Part shown: piece after piece, positions 48,601 through 60,657 of the stretch
How positions within the stretch are numbered: the first letter of the stretch is position 1
Layout of the letters: every line of letters begins with the position of its first letter
Assembly: GCA_040954595.2 (NCBI GenBank)
Contig: CM082583.2
Coordinates: forward strand, 2,056,925 to 2,120,924
Reading direction: 5' to 3'
Length of the DNA: 64,000 nucleotides
Source of the DNA: Balanoglossus misakiensis
Lineage: Eukaryota > Animalia > Hemichordata
Notes under the pieces: generated by a model
The model's input: only the letters and a program-made list of their open reading frames with translations
Told to the model about the DNA's origin: nothing
The model's database searches: none
Translations under genes and position numbers: made by a program

Positions 48601-51600
48601 CTGACAGAAAATGAATCATCTTTTGTTCGGTAGGTCGCGTACGGAATGATTCCACAGAAGTTGTGAATAACGGGGAGGAACTTGTCTTGGTGATAAACGC
48701 CATCGACGTCGGAGAGTGGGGATTGACTTTGAACGACGACAAGCTATGGCACATTGTCGTCAACGCGAGAAGTCCCATCGACTTTTTATACACATTCTAC
48801 AAAGAAGATTATGCTGGCCAGATGGTACCCCTTCACGGCTCACCAGCGATAGGTACGTGGCTTACTCTTCCAGTTCAAAACTGCCAGCGGAGCGTAAGTC
48901 ACAAAATCGGGATTTCCACCCTTCCTTCAAGATAGATGCTTACCACGTTGGCCCAAGTGAGTGTTACAAAGCACTAAAATATAATTGGGTGCCGACAACC
49001 ATCACTGATTTATATATGCTGTGCATTTTTGGTTTGATTTTTCCCCTCCATGGTAACCGTGGCTGGATTTGCATCGAATGACTTCTAAATATTGTCCAGT
49101 TCCATGTAAACTGGTGGAACACCTAGTGCTTAAAACTTAAGTATTCATTCTCCCCGATTTTCCACAGACCAAGAAGTTTCAGTGGTCGTGTCCATCACGG
49201 GACAGGAGTATGTTTCGTCTGTACCACAACTGATCCTTACCACAAACGACGGTGTCGAGTTTGAGACCGCTATGGTCATGATTAGTGAAGGATCATAACG
49301 TGCCCAAGTCCAAATACCCAGGGAGGTATGAACATGTGTGAAACATTTTGTTCAGGACAGACAATTAATGCTGTATACCGATCAGCCACATTCGGCTTCA
49401 ATAAGGTAGTCAGATTGTGTTTCCTCGACTGGTAAACATCGTATCATGAATGCATTACATCGAGTGCACATATGATTTAGAGTTGTTCCAATTTTTATAA
49501 GGTAGACCCTTTTTGGTAAACGTTAGTATGCAAAGAATGAATCAAACTCACTTGCATTTTTTATATGCATAATTTTTGTCACAGTTTTCCTGAAGGATTT
49601 TGGAATACAGCTGAGACGGTTGGACAGCGAAGGAGCACGATTCCAAAGAACCAAGTCCGTTGATGTCAAAGTTCAACCAGTAAGCTTGGAAATGGATAAT
49701 GGGGTCACGCGAAAGTGTTTTATACAATCCCCACATAACCTGGAACTACTTCTAATAGTAAAATGAAACATTGGAGAAAAATTTGAGAGGACAGCTGCTG
49801 CAAAGATGAAAAATGAAATCATACCAATGAGTATGACATCATTCTGTTATAATGCGAATAAAAATTGTTGTCTGTTCCATTGGTTTCTCACAGATTCCCT
49901 CGACCCAGGCGGCATCCCCCTTCAGATTAATTTCACAATACGTAACCATGGCGATGACGCAGGCCACTACTCGGTCACGGCCGAGGAATATTTGTTCCTC
50001 CAAGCATACTTTCCTGAAAGAGTTGAGATTCCAGCAAAATCCTCTTTTGCTGGTTATATGATAGCCGCCGTCTTGAACAACGACACAGAAAGTGGTACAA
50101 TCAGGTACGACACAAAATCATATAGAATTCCATTTTGCAGAATGTAGCAATACTCCAGTGTTTATTTTTTTCTCTCCGAGGAAACATTAGGATACAACAC
50201 GTATGCATCTGCAGTGACAAGTGTTGTTTGAGAAAGAAATAAGCACGAACGTTAGGATTTCACCTTGTATACCCTTAATAGACTAAGCGTACTTTTGGAA
50301 CCAGGTTAAGAATAGTTTAGAAATCACTGGTTGATCAATGTTTAGGCCACTGTCATGAATACCACAGACTGATGAATGTTTGTGTAGCTTGGAATTGTAA
50401 TGTCTGATTGTTTGTGCGTTCTTGTCTCAAGTGCTGGGTCAGTGAAAGTCACCAGTGACGGAGGCGGAACGTCCAATGAATTGCACTTTAAACTTATTGT
50501 CATGGAATATCTCGAATACTACAGAGGGATAGAGGATGACGTTCCGGCAGTAAGTAGTGGTTGCAAATACTAGTAATCATACTGTTTGTTGTTGTTTTTT
50601 TTGTGTGTTTTTTTTTGTTTTGTTTTTTTGGGGGGGGGGCTTGCAACAAATGTACTATAAGCTTACTACGAAGACACGACAGTTCAAAAGGCTCATCAAT
50701 AGAACCAAATTTTCTACATTTTTTTTGCAAATCCTGGATTTTGGGAAACCAGATGGATACTGCATTCATTGCCAGTAGTTTATTTATGACTCATGTGACA
50801 GGAACTTCTTGTCACTGCCTGATACAAATTCAATGCAATTTTGCTAGTAGACGTTTACAATTTTGTTCGAAAGCTAGTTGATGTCGATCCTTTAGAGGCC
50901 CAAATGTGTTTATTAATATGTTGATTTTCACTTCAGTCGACTTCAAAAATTCTTATTTGGACAGACCCATATGATTAAGTTTGTGCTGTATCTATGTTAC
51001 CACACAGGAAGAGGTTGACGATGAGGCTGGGACCGGGGGCGCACTACACTGGACCATTATGATTGCCGTTGCCGTTGGCACAGTGGTTGTATTGGTGACC
51101 GATATTTTAATTGCTGTTTGTTCAGTGAAACATGCTAATAAGAACAAAGTAGTCGCCATGTAAAATAGTGTGGATATTTCTTGCATGGGCGTGCAAATAC
51201 CACCATTACATATTGGGAATTGAAGTGTTTTAGTATGTCTAACTTGTTCTTTCAAAATTATTGTACATATTATGTAAATGTTGTGACTACATGTATATTT
51301 GGGAATTTTCAGAACAATTTTAATATCTAATTTCATTTAAATAACTTGCAGAAAGGTACGTTGGCCGTCTCTTTTCAAATATGTGAGATAAATGTCTACT
51401 TTTGTGTGCATATAGTACATCAGGTTTTGTAATAGTCTGGTTCACTGATGTGTTCTATTTATGCCAGGTCGGGTTTCATCACGGTCCTCCGTCCAATTTC
51501 TCAACCATTTGCCGTGCTTTCATCTCCAACACTGTGCTACTGATTCAAGTGATTTTCTTATGAAATATTCGTTATAGAAAATTACTTCCTATATGTTCAT

Positions 51601-52245
51601 ATGTTAACTGGTGAGATTTATGCGTCATGGGTTTAAGGAAAATTAAATGAAACTGTTTTAATGTACTGATGAAAAGAATAAATTTGAACCCTTGATTTTT
51701 GTATAGCACTACTTTTGGGGGACATCACGCCTGAAGGGCGATGCTCCGTCCAATGTAATGTATTTACGTATATCACTTTAGCTTATGAATTTTCATTTTA
51801 TGACACATGGCAAAAATCGGCCGTCTTGAAATTGTGTCGACCACATCACTCCCCTAGGTAACAAAACCCTTTTTAGGGTAGGAAGAATTATTATACACCT
51901 ACACTCCACAAATATGGTGTGGCGTCTGTCACATATGGTTTCCTATCTTCAAAGAGCATTTATTTTCTGGCTTATGCATGCAAGCTGCACTCATGCTACA
52001 CATCTGGACCCATCGGCCAGATGGCATGCCTGATCGATTAGCAATACGGACGATAGACTGTCGACAGTCCCTCGCGCCTATTAATGTGTATCTTTTTTTA
52101 GTTAATACATGACGGATAATTTTTGCAAACATTAACAGTGCAATGAGATAACAGCTATGGGGTTTTCAAAGGTCTAAATTAATCGACGAGTTATCATTAC
52201 TAGCTTTGTGAACCGCGTAGCGAGAACGGCGGATTCACTGGGAAA

Positions 52246-52512
52246 ATGATTTTTCGCTGGCACGCCAGTTTTGCTGCTTTGGTGTTTGTGGTCAACTTTA
52301 TGGTTGCCACCGAGGCATTCTACGCTTTGCTGAGTAAGTCCGAAAGCCCACAAGATGACCACACTCATTACACAATGTCCCACGAAGCCTTACTGACTGT
52401 AGTGGCCAAATATCTGGAAGACAACCCTCGGACACGAAGTTCCGTACAGCCCGGTGATTTAGTCGGACTCGATCCGTTGACGTCGTCAAGTCTGTGTACA
52501 GCCTACTATGGG
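52246..52512 (+). pseudogene. Exon 1 of a second VWA7-like paralogue; no downstream exons found in the window
   Basis: Signal peptide, then TEAFYALLSKSESPQDDHTHYTMSHEALL.. nearly identical to exon 1 at 41085; GT donor at 52513. Confidence 0.8.
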
Positions 52513-53160
52513 GTATGCATTGCTTTTAGCCTTGCTGTCATTTGTGTCAGCCGAGCTGTAGCAGTAAGTTGATAAGTGTCCGTCCGTCGTCCGTCCGTCC
52601 GTCCGGCGTCCGTCAACTTTTGGTATTTCAATCTTCTTCTTTAAAACAACTTGGCATATTTAGCTGAAATTTGGTTGGAATGTGTGTTATGGTGCCCTTA
52701 CCGGATTTTGTTAATTTGGAATTGATGGGGACATGAATATGTCTCAAACTTCAATAAACTAAGGAATAACCTGTTATAACAGGTGAACAGTGTATGGGCT
52801 TAACTCTAGTTCCCAGGAGTTGGTAGGCGAAGCCTGCCTTGAACATCACACGGTTCCCAACATCCTCCCGCCCGCAAAGATTGAAATTGAAATACAAACA
52901 CAATGAAAAATTCACAATGAAAATTTTGCAAGTAAAGGTCATCGCACTTGGTATACATCAAAAATGTTGGAATCTCAAATCCGAAAAACGATATCACAAA
53001 CAGGTACACAGAAATTCAAGTTCAACTACAGTATCTTAAACAAAAATAAAAAAATAGTGGAAAGGCTTCGAATTAGACCAGAAAAAATAGCTATTCCTAC
53101 AAAGTGAAAATACAAATCGCTAAACTAATGTAGTGAACCTCGAGAGTCCGATTGAGGTTT

Positions 53161-54105
53161 TCAAGTACCCCGTATGAAACAGAAATATTGTCTCTCGTTT
53201 TCTTCGTGCAATCTGCGGGACGTCATCCGCTTGTCTCTGTCTCCCTTCAACCACTGCATTCGACGATTTAGAAACCAAACCTTTACCTGTTTTTCTGTGG
53301 GTGTCTCGTTCTGCTGAACGCTGCTCTCTAATTCTCTTGGTTGCTTCTCGGTGGTGGTGAAGGTCGTCGGTTCTTTTCTTGGTTTGCGGCTCGGGTCAAG
53401 CTTGTGCCCGTCTTCGTTGTTTCCATTTGCTTCGTCTTCAGAAGTACTGTTCCCGATCTTGCTAGTGTCGGTCTGGTCGCTCGACTGCTGTTGTGTCGAC
53501 GGATCGGTCGTTTTCGGGTTGGGTCTGCAGCTCTTGTTGTCTAGGTTGACGGTCGAGGCGTTGATGTTGGTCCCCATGTTGACTGCGATGGCGGTTGGTC
53601 TGACTGGCGGCTCCACCTCGATGGTCACTGTCGGTTGGTGGTGGTCGGTGGTGACGGCGTTGCACGGGGAAATGTCATCGGAAATGTCGTCTGGTGAAGA
53701 TTCAGTGGAGACCGGTTCAGATTCAGTGGGGACCGGTGGGCTTGCTCGCCGCTTCAGAATACTTGCTTGACTGTTTCCAAGGGCTGGACCGGTCTGGTTT
53801 GAGGGTGGTGAAGCCTGTTGTTCCAACCATTTCTTGAACCTCACCAACTTCTCTTCTATCTCTATGAGATAGTCATCGGATGCCGCGAACTCTTCATCGA
53901 AATCTTCACCGTCAAGTCCGTCGAGAATTTTCTCGTCCAGGAGCTTGATGATCTTGAGTTTCTCTCTCATGTTTCGGATTGTTAACTTCATGAGAATGAT
54001 CTGGTCTCGGTGAGGAACTTCTGCGGTGTTTAAATCTTCAACCCTGCGGATGAGTTTAGTCATTTGACTGCGGTGGCCCCTTCTGTTGCGCTTGTCCAAC
54101 TCCAT
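53161..54105 (-). CDS. 314-aa chimeric ORF: BEL/Pao Gag-like N-terminal coiled coil + S/T/P-rich linker + degenerate Mox/Meox-like homeodomain
   Basis: N-terminus RRGHRSQMTKL..KLKIIKLLDEKI..DEEF is typical of BEL Gag starts; C-terminus KLDPSRKPRKEPTTFT..QPRELE..TEKQVKVWFLNRRMQW; uninterrupted; ATG overlaps the PBS. Confidence 0.75.
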   Translation of the reverse strand: MELDKRNRRGHRSQMTKLIRRVEDLNTAEVPHRDQIILMKLTIRNMREKLKIIKLLDEKILDGLDGEDFDEEFAASDDYLIEIEEKLVRFKKWLEQQASPPSNQTGPALGNSQASILKRRASPPVPTESEPVSTESSPDDISDDISPCNAVTTDHHQPTVTIEVEPPVRPTAIAVNMGTNINASTVNLDNKSCRPNPKTTDPSTQQQSSDQTDTSKIGNSTSEDEANGNNEDGHKLDPSRKPRKEPTTFTTTEKQPRELESSVQQNETPTEKQVKVWFLNRRMQWLKGDRDKRMTSRRLHEENERQYFCFIRGT

Positions 54106-54121
54106 CCTGGTCTCGGCACCA
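54104..54121 (-). promoter_or_regulatory. Primer binding site, tRNA-His-like
   Basis: TGGTGCCGAGACCAGGAT 5 nt after the LTR ..GTACA end; resembles the complement of the tRNA-His 3' end (TGGTGCCGTGAC..). Confidence 0.75.
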
Positions 54122-54849
54122 TAAAATGTACGGCGTACACTTTGAGAAAAGGTTCAGGGAGTGGAGAGGGACGAATGGCCGGGAAGTGAGACTCGATGCG
54201 CGAGTTGTGGTTACCAAATTCAAGTCTGATTTATTGTCACAAACTCTGCGGTTTATATACAGTGTGGTGAACTTTGGCATTCACACCTGGTACAATAGGT
54301 TTGGTGACCGGCGTCACACAGGCAACAAATAAAGAAATAACATGTCTGAAGGAATTACATGTCTGATAAAGGAATTACATGTCTGATAGACAAATTGTGG
54401 GCGGAGTCTATAATATGCCGTGTGTGGTCTCCGACAATATGCAAATTAGATCTAAATATAGAATTGTTGGTAAAAAATCTTCTTCTCCCTAACTACATGT
54501 ACGATGGAGCTGAAATTTGGTAGGAATGTGTGTTATGGTGTCCCTACCTGATTTTGTTAATTTGCATTTGATGATGTCATGAATATGCAAATTAGATCTA
54601 AAAATAGAATTTTGGGTCAAAAATCTTCTTCTCCATAACTACATGTACGATGGAGCTGAAATTTAGTAGGAATGTGTGTTATGGTGCCCCTACCTGATTT
54701 TTTAATTTGGATGGGGTCACAAATACATATGTATGCAAATTAGATCTAAATATAGAATTTTTGGTAAACAATCTTCTTCTCCCTAACTACATGTACGATG
54801 GAGCTGAAATTTGGTAGGAATGTGTGTTATGGTGTCCCTACCTGATGGT

Positions 54850-55215
54850 ACCTAAATTGGGAGAAATCCAGTCTGATACCGACACAGAAAAAGGTATTCA
54901 TTTGCTACCTAATAAACAGTGTGGGCCCAGATGGGTCACCCGAGATCAGTATACAGAGTCAAAGTGTCAGCAAACTGAGACACGATCTAATGAGGGCATT
55001 GGACAGGCAATCCCTTCCAGCCAAAGTATTAGCCAGGATTGCTGGACAGTGCATATCAATGACTCAGGCAATTATCCCGGGCAAACTACTACTACGGAGT
55101 GTCTATCGACTGCTTGCTACAAAAACTTCATGGGACAATATACTAATAATAAACCAACCAGTGAAACAGGAAATGGAATGGTGGCTACAAGCCCTCCAAT
55201 CATGGAATGGCCGTT
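54850..55215 (+). mobile_element. DIRS/Ngaro RT-RNase H connection fragment
   Basis: LARIAGQCISMTQAIIPGKLLLRSVY..SWD..EMEWWLQALQSWNGR is typical of YR-retrotransposon pol. Confidence 0.75.
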
Positions 55216-56330
55216 CAACCTCCACGATCAGTCAACTCCCGCATATATGGCTTCAAAGTGACACACAGGATTAACACCTGTTCAACTGGACGATATTTTA
55301 CCGCAAATGGACAGTAAATACACCAAAGTCGTAACCAATAGCGCGGTTTCCTCAAGATTATCATGAGTTCGAAGTAGGTACAGCGAGATATTTTAGTTCA
55401 CTGCAACCTGCAACGTACGACATGGACGCAACCCTCTAGGCTGTATGTATGGTCAAATGTTCGGTATAATAAAATTATTATTACACCTCACGTATTATAC
55501 CGTTTTCGTGATTGGCTGAGACGCGCTCACGTGATATAGAAAAAAAAGTGATATAACATGGCTAGAGTTGATAAAGCCCTGTCGCGTGCGCTGATATTGC
55601 CCGCTGGGTTGTTTTGGTGTTCTGCGCGCGACTTCTGCGCGTTCCAAACTGTCGTTCAATGGCTTCCTTCACGATCAGTCAATTCCCGCATCTATATGGC
55701 TTCAAAGCGACACACAGGCTTAACACCTGTTCAACTGGATGATATTTTACTGCAAACGGGCAGTAAATACACCAAAATCGCAACCAACAGCGCAGTATTT
55801 TCAAAATAATCTAAGTTCGAAGTAGGTATCGTATAATTCTTGGGAGATCGAGACATTTTACATTCTCAGCAACGTACGACATATGGACGCGAGTCTACAT
55901 GCTACATGCTGCAGTGTATGTACGTTCAAATGTTCGGCGTAATAAAATTAATAACACATTATGCTCGGGCAACATCACGATTTGAAGCCTGCCCTCGGGC
56001 TGGTGATCTCTGACCACAATATTGATGATACCCTCGCCTGCGGCTCGGGCATCATCAATATTATGGTCAGAGATCACCATCCCTCGTGCAGGCTTCAAAT
56101 CGTGATATTGCCCTCGCTATCATGTGTTATTATTTAAATAACACATGTCATGCTCGGGCAATATCATGATCTTTGGCCCGCCCTCGGGTTGGTGATCTCT
56201 GGCCATAATATTGATGATGCCCGAGTCGCAGGCGAGAGTATCATCAATATTATGGTCAGCGATCACCATCCCTCGAGCAGGCTAAAGACCATGATATTGC
56301 CCTCGCTAACATGTACGTGTTATTATTTAA
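55215..56330. repeat. Duplicated ~280-bp segment (55215-55490 / 55665-55950) followed by two tandem palindromes (55950-56131, 56138-56325)
   Basis: Repeated cacgatcagtcaa..tatatggcttcaaag; palindromes centred on ccctcgcctgcggctcgggc; a related half copy at ~2635-2790. Confidence 0.7.
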
Positions 56331-57658
56331 CTATTACAAGAATATTACGAGAGCCTGTGGTGTGAACAGAATTGAACGCGCAAAGGGCCATGACCTCGTT
56401 TGAACTCTCGCGTTGAGTATTCAAAAACGCAACCAGGGACAGACCACAAAATGAACGAATTCCCCATAGAATTATTTTCTGTCATAGTTAGTGGACGTAG
56501 ACTATCGTCAGCCGCTTGTGTCGCTTGTAATATTTCCATGGCAATGTTTCGCGTCTCTGACGTTCGACCCAGAGGTCGCGCGCGACTTCAGCCCTCTTTG
56601 GTTGCCATAGCTGGTGATCATCCTCTGTGTACCTTAGTCTGGTCCCCTGCCCCAATCCCACCGCTGGCTGCGCTAAACTGTTTCCCTCTTTACCAGAAAT
56701 ATCTCAGATAAAAACACTGATACATGTACTTGTAACTGAATTCAATATGCTATATTTCCTAACAATAACATAGGCCATTACATTTACAATTGGTGTTTGC
56801 ACAACAAATTGTGGCCACCCGCGGCAGTACTAAGAATTTTGTAACGCGGAAGTAGAATATTTGCCGAGATCCAAAAAAAAAAAATTTTCCAAATCAGCCA
56901 AAGTAGAAGCGGCGATTCCGATGAACAATTTATTTTTTTCTTCCTGGCCTTCTATCAGTATTTTTAATCAACAAATATGAGCAGTACATCATTTGTACAG
57001 ATGTAGCACTGACGTTGATGGGAACGAACAATTATTACAAATAAGCATACATGTACATGTATGTGCTGTTTTGAAATCCCGCCCAACCCAATTTTGTATC
57101 TGTCCGCCCAAGCTTTTCGACCTGAAAATGCGTAATTACAAAATATGAATCAGCCAAAATGCGAAAAAAATCGTTTGTCTATGCATTACAAGAAGGTTTG
57201 TTTCAGGGGAGACCAAAACAGCTGTGTTACCATCCTAATAATAAATGGCTTCGGCGAATTCTGGAGCTGACGCTGGGGTTGGCATTTTGTAATGCAGTAT
57301 TTAAAGTGATTAAAGTTTTCCTTTCTTGAGGGTAGGTTTCATTGCAAAGATGTCAAGTATTAAATTGAATGCCGTTCGGATTCAGTACATTGTATCGATA
57401 GATGGAAGTAGAACCAATTATTCTATTCCTTTACTGGTAAATAAAATGTATAGCCAGATGCAGACCTTTTGAATAACAGTTTAATTTAGCGCCGCCAATT
57501 TTGAAAATAAGCGGATTGTCTATGTAAGCCCCTGTCCCCACCCTTTTTGGTAAAGCACGTCCCGAGACTCCGCGAGAGCGATTGCATACCCGGCCCGTCC
57601 TAACAAATTATGTACACAGTGTACGAACGGGCTCGTCCCGGTCAGCTGAGCACAGAGA

Positions 57659-58999
57659 CACTGAAATTGGTCAGCGTTCAGTTCTGGCAAAAATGACTTC
57701 AAACACCCGAGACAGCTGATCATAACTGCATTCATTCGCCTATTTGAACGTTCAGCTGCATGAACCACATCAAGCGTCTTGTCAGCGGATCGGAAAAAAA
57801 AAAAAACAGAAATAATTATGATATTCTCCTGGTGAAAATGCAGAAGTGGTATGTCGATCGTGACTGCAGTTCACGTTCACGACAATTAAACAAAGTATTT
57901 TCTTCTGTGTTCGTTGAGGGCGTCACGGTGAAGCTAAGTCTGTTATATCATGGCGTGATCATATGCTGTGGGATACTTTGTTGTTCCAAGACGCCTATGC
58001 GGTGAACGGTTCCACAACAGACTGAATAGACTTTCCTTTGATGCAACCTTTGTATATCCATGTCACTTGTTCAGAGAAACAAGATACAGGGTGTTGTCGG
58101 CATTCTTTTTGAACCCATCCCAGAATAAAGGAGATTTCTGCATTTTAGTGTTTGAGTAAAAGTGTAAATGTTTGAAAATCTTCCCCTTAAAAATTGCCAT
58201 CCAAAAAGCTATGTGCATTGGCTTGACTAATATTGACAAGGCATTGGGCGAAATCCATAAATCTCTATGGTAAAGCTTTCACCTGTAAATGTTTAATATT
58301 ACAGCACTTTCAACACACTTCAAATCATATATGATACCATTAGGCCTATAGAATGTGAACAAATTTCTATGAAATTTTCAGCTATATAAAGTGTTTTTGA
58401 CTTGGAGGCTTAGAATATCGCTCCCACTGTGCTTTTATTGAGTGTTTTATTGTGTGTGCTCAAAGATAACATCCCAACACTAATCCTAACCGTTGATTAC
58501 ACCCTAACCCTAACCATTTGATATGCCCTAACATGTCAACAAACAAACGTGACCATATTTGTATGTTTATTATGCCAATCAATAACACCAAACAAACATT
58601 TGAATATACCCTAACATTTTATTATGACAATCAATAACAACACACACACACACACACACACACGAGCGTGTGCACACACCCCCCCCCCCACCCACACACA
58701 CACACACACACCCCCACCCACACACACACACAATAAAAGCATGGAGGTAGCGCCCCTGTGATAATACAGCGTGATCAGATCCTGAATGCAGACTGGGGCA
58801 AGACAGTTGATAGCTTTGTATAAATTTGCAGTCAAGTCTTTGTCAACTGGCAAGCAATGGAGACTACAAAGAACTGGTGACAGATTCTCATTTAGCAAAT
58901 AACTGTCTCTTGTGATATCAACTAACTCAAGTCCAATATCAATATGTGAAGTGCATGATGGAAATGTATGGGGGACTAGATACAGGCAACCGGCAAAAC
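57659..58999. repeat. Inverted copy of 6524-9759 lacking the two MITEs
   Basis: Reverse-complement homology; empty TTA sites. Confidence 0.85.
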
Positions 59000-59660
59000 A
59001 TCATTGTGACATCATTTCGTTTCTGATAAAACGAATAATCGAGCAGTGGTTTTCCACGACAAAACGAGCGTCCACTCAATTTCACTTCCATGTTTCCCAC
59101 AATAAACAAAGTGCAGTTGTGGAATAAAGTCAGTCATCGGACAAAGCTTAGAGTGTTCGCTCTTCGCGTAGAAACAAGCCCATTTTGTTGGATACTGTGA
59201 CTATGCCCAAACTTTAAAATAATAACCATGTTGGGACATCCGCATAGAGTAATTACTTGACAGTGAAATGAAAACCATGGAATATTATCTATATATGACA
59301 GATTATGATGTTTCACAGAGCTGTTTTGGAATGTGTAAAGGTGAAATTCGTTCTCGTTCTGACTTCATACCTGACCCACCCATTAGTCAAATGTTGAGGG
59401 TCCTTCCACTCGGACAAGGACGTGACTTTGTGGAAGCTAGCCGACAGTTATCGCCGGGTTGTCGGATTTGTTGCCGAACCCCAACGGTACAGCTGCGTAC
59501 CACAGCTAGCTCGGAGCGAGATTTTCGGTACCGAGTTGAGTTACAAATTCGGACTGAGCTGATGGTTTGGGTTACGCGATCCCATGACTTGTACACGTTC
59601 ACAGACGCTAAGCTTGTTAAGAAACTATTTTGACAGAATAACGGTCAAACAAATATCACA

Positions 59661-60642
59661 TACACACAAATTATTCATTAAATAATCTTATTTAAATAAC
59701 TCGAAAAATATAAAATGAATAAGTACAACCATTGAAAGATTCTTCTGTCTAACGGTGACCAATTAAACGACCAACAGAAAATACAACATTCCACCAAAAG
59801 ATAATAGACTGACAATTAATAGTACTGGGATTTGCATGCAATAATTCTATAGCTAGCGTTAAAGTTTTCAAGGAACAGTCACGTATTACCTCACAATATT
59901 GTCCTGACGAGTTAGAAGAAGAAAAACTCCATGAAATTTCCAGCTCGAGGGTGGCGTAATCGGGGATCCATAAATAAGGGCAAATTCAAGTTCTCGAAAT
60001 TCTAGAATAGACCACACAGAATACCCAAAGACCGGATCCAGGACGCCGGGTTCACATGTGGTGTACTCACGGAACTTCAATGCTCCAAGAACACTACTTT
60101 CTTGAAAGACCGCTGGAACATACGACAAGAATCCTTGATGATGGTGACGGGACGACATGTAAGGTAGTAAAGCACGAGGTCGGATGGAAACTGGTCAATG
60201 TGGCCGGAGACAACACGTGGCATAGTAACCTTTTAGAAATAACGGCGAGGCAACGTGGCAATGTACGTTTTTTATACGACTAAAATACATAATTAATTAA
60301 CACCTGGATACGCGGTGTGTTGAACAAAGGAATAAAAGTGAGGTTGACCTGGTCATTGAACCATTGGACACATGGACAACGTAACACGCTAAAAAAGCAA
60401 AACAAAACAGAACACTATTTACTTGATAACAAATCATGGCTTACACTTAGTTTTCTAGTTGCTGAATACGAGAAATGACTTAAAAATCTAAACACATGAA
60501 GCAAATCTAGCCATATGCGTAACTTTCGGAAAATGTACAGGACGTAAGACAGAAATTGGCACATAAAAGCTTGTGGTCTTCCTGCGCTTGGCGCACAGTG
60601 CGCCCTCACGCGACCGAATCGAATCATGGGAATGGGAACATG
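59661..60642. repeat. ~1-kb dispersed direct repeat, copy 2
   Basis: Near-identical to 521-1524. Confidence 0.95.
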
Positions 60643-60657
60643 TTGTTGTTGTTGTTG

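Larger units (their letters stand above)
41085..51163 (+). pseudogene. VWA7-like (von Willebrand factor A domain-containing protein 7-like) multi-exon gene, disabled; signal peptide, Het-C-like N-domain, vWA, beta-rich domains, TM
   Basis: Approximate exons: 41085-~41352, 41896-42020, 42576-42749 (LHIVQDFYSNANWVE), 42987-43056, ~46594-46816 (MDVTGSMSDDI, YVLVPFSDP), 47133-47262 (GGGDCPELAMSG), 47635-47810 (VFTDASAKD), ~48104-48403, 48634-48852, 49168-49325, 49893-50104, 50432-50548, 51009-51163. Mostly AG/GT boundaries. Lesions: frameshift ~41955, 4-bp duplication ~46745, TAG at 48208-48210, TAA ~49297. Confidence 0.85.
52742..54436 (-). mobile_element. Non-autonomous BEL/Pao-type LTR retrotransposon (no pol)
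   Basis: 5' LTR 54436-54127 (TGT..ACA, TATATAA, AATAAA); PBS; Gag-like ORF; PPT GCGGGCGGGAGGA then TGT at 52862; 5-bp TSD atatg (52737-52741, 54437-54441). Confidence 0.8.
52524..54845 (+). mobile_element. Helentron-associated non-autonomous element (HINE/DINE-like), truncated; hosts the BEL insertion
   Basis: TTTTAGC start, (GTCC)n microsatellite at ~52577-52612, then ~146-bp tandem repeats (gaatatgcaaattagatc..aatcttcttctcc) continuing at 54437-54845. Confidence 0.65.

Noticed and set aside
53240-53410. Bona fide host Mox gene
   Set aside because: Helix 2 is absent, Q50 is altered, and it lies inside an LTR/PBS/PPT/TSD-bounded element; treated as a captured fragment instead.
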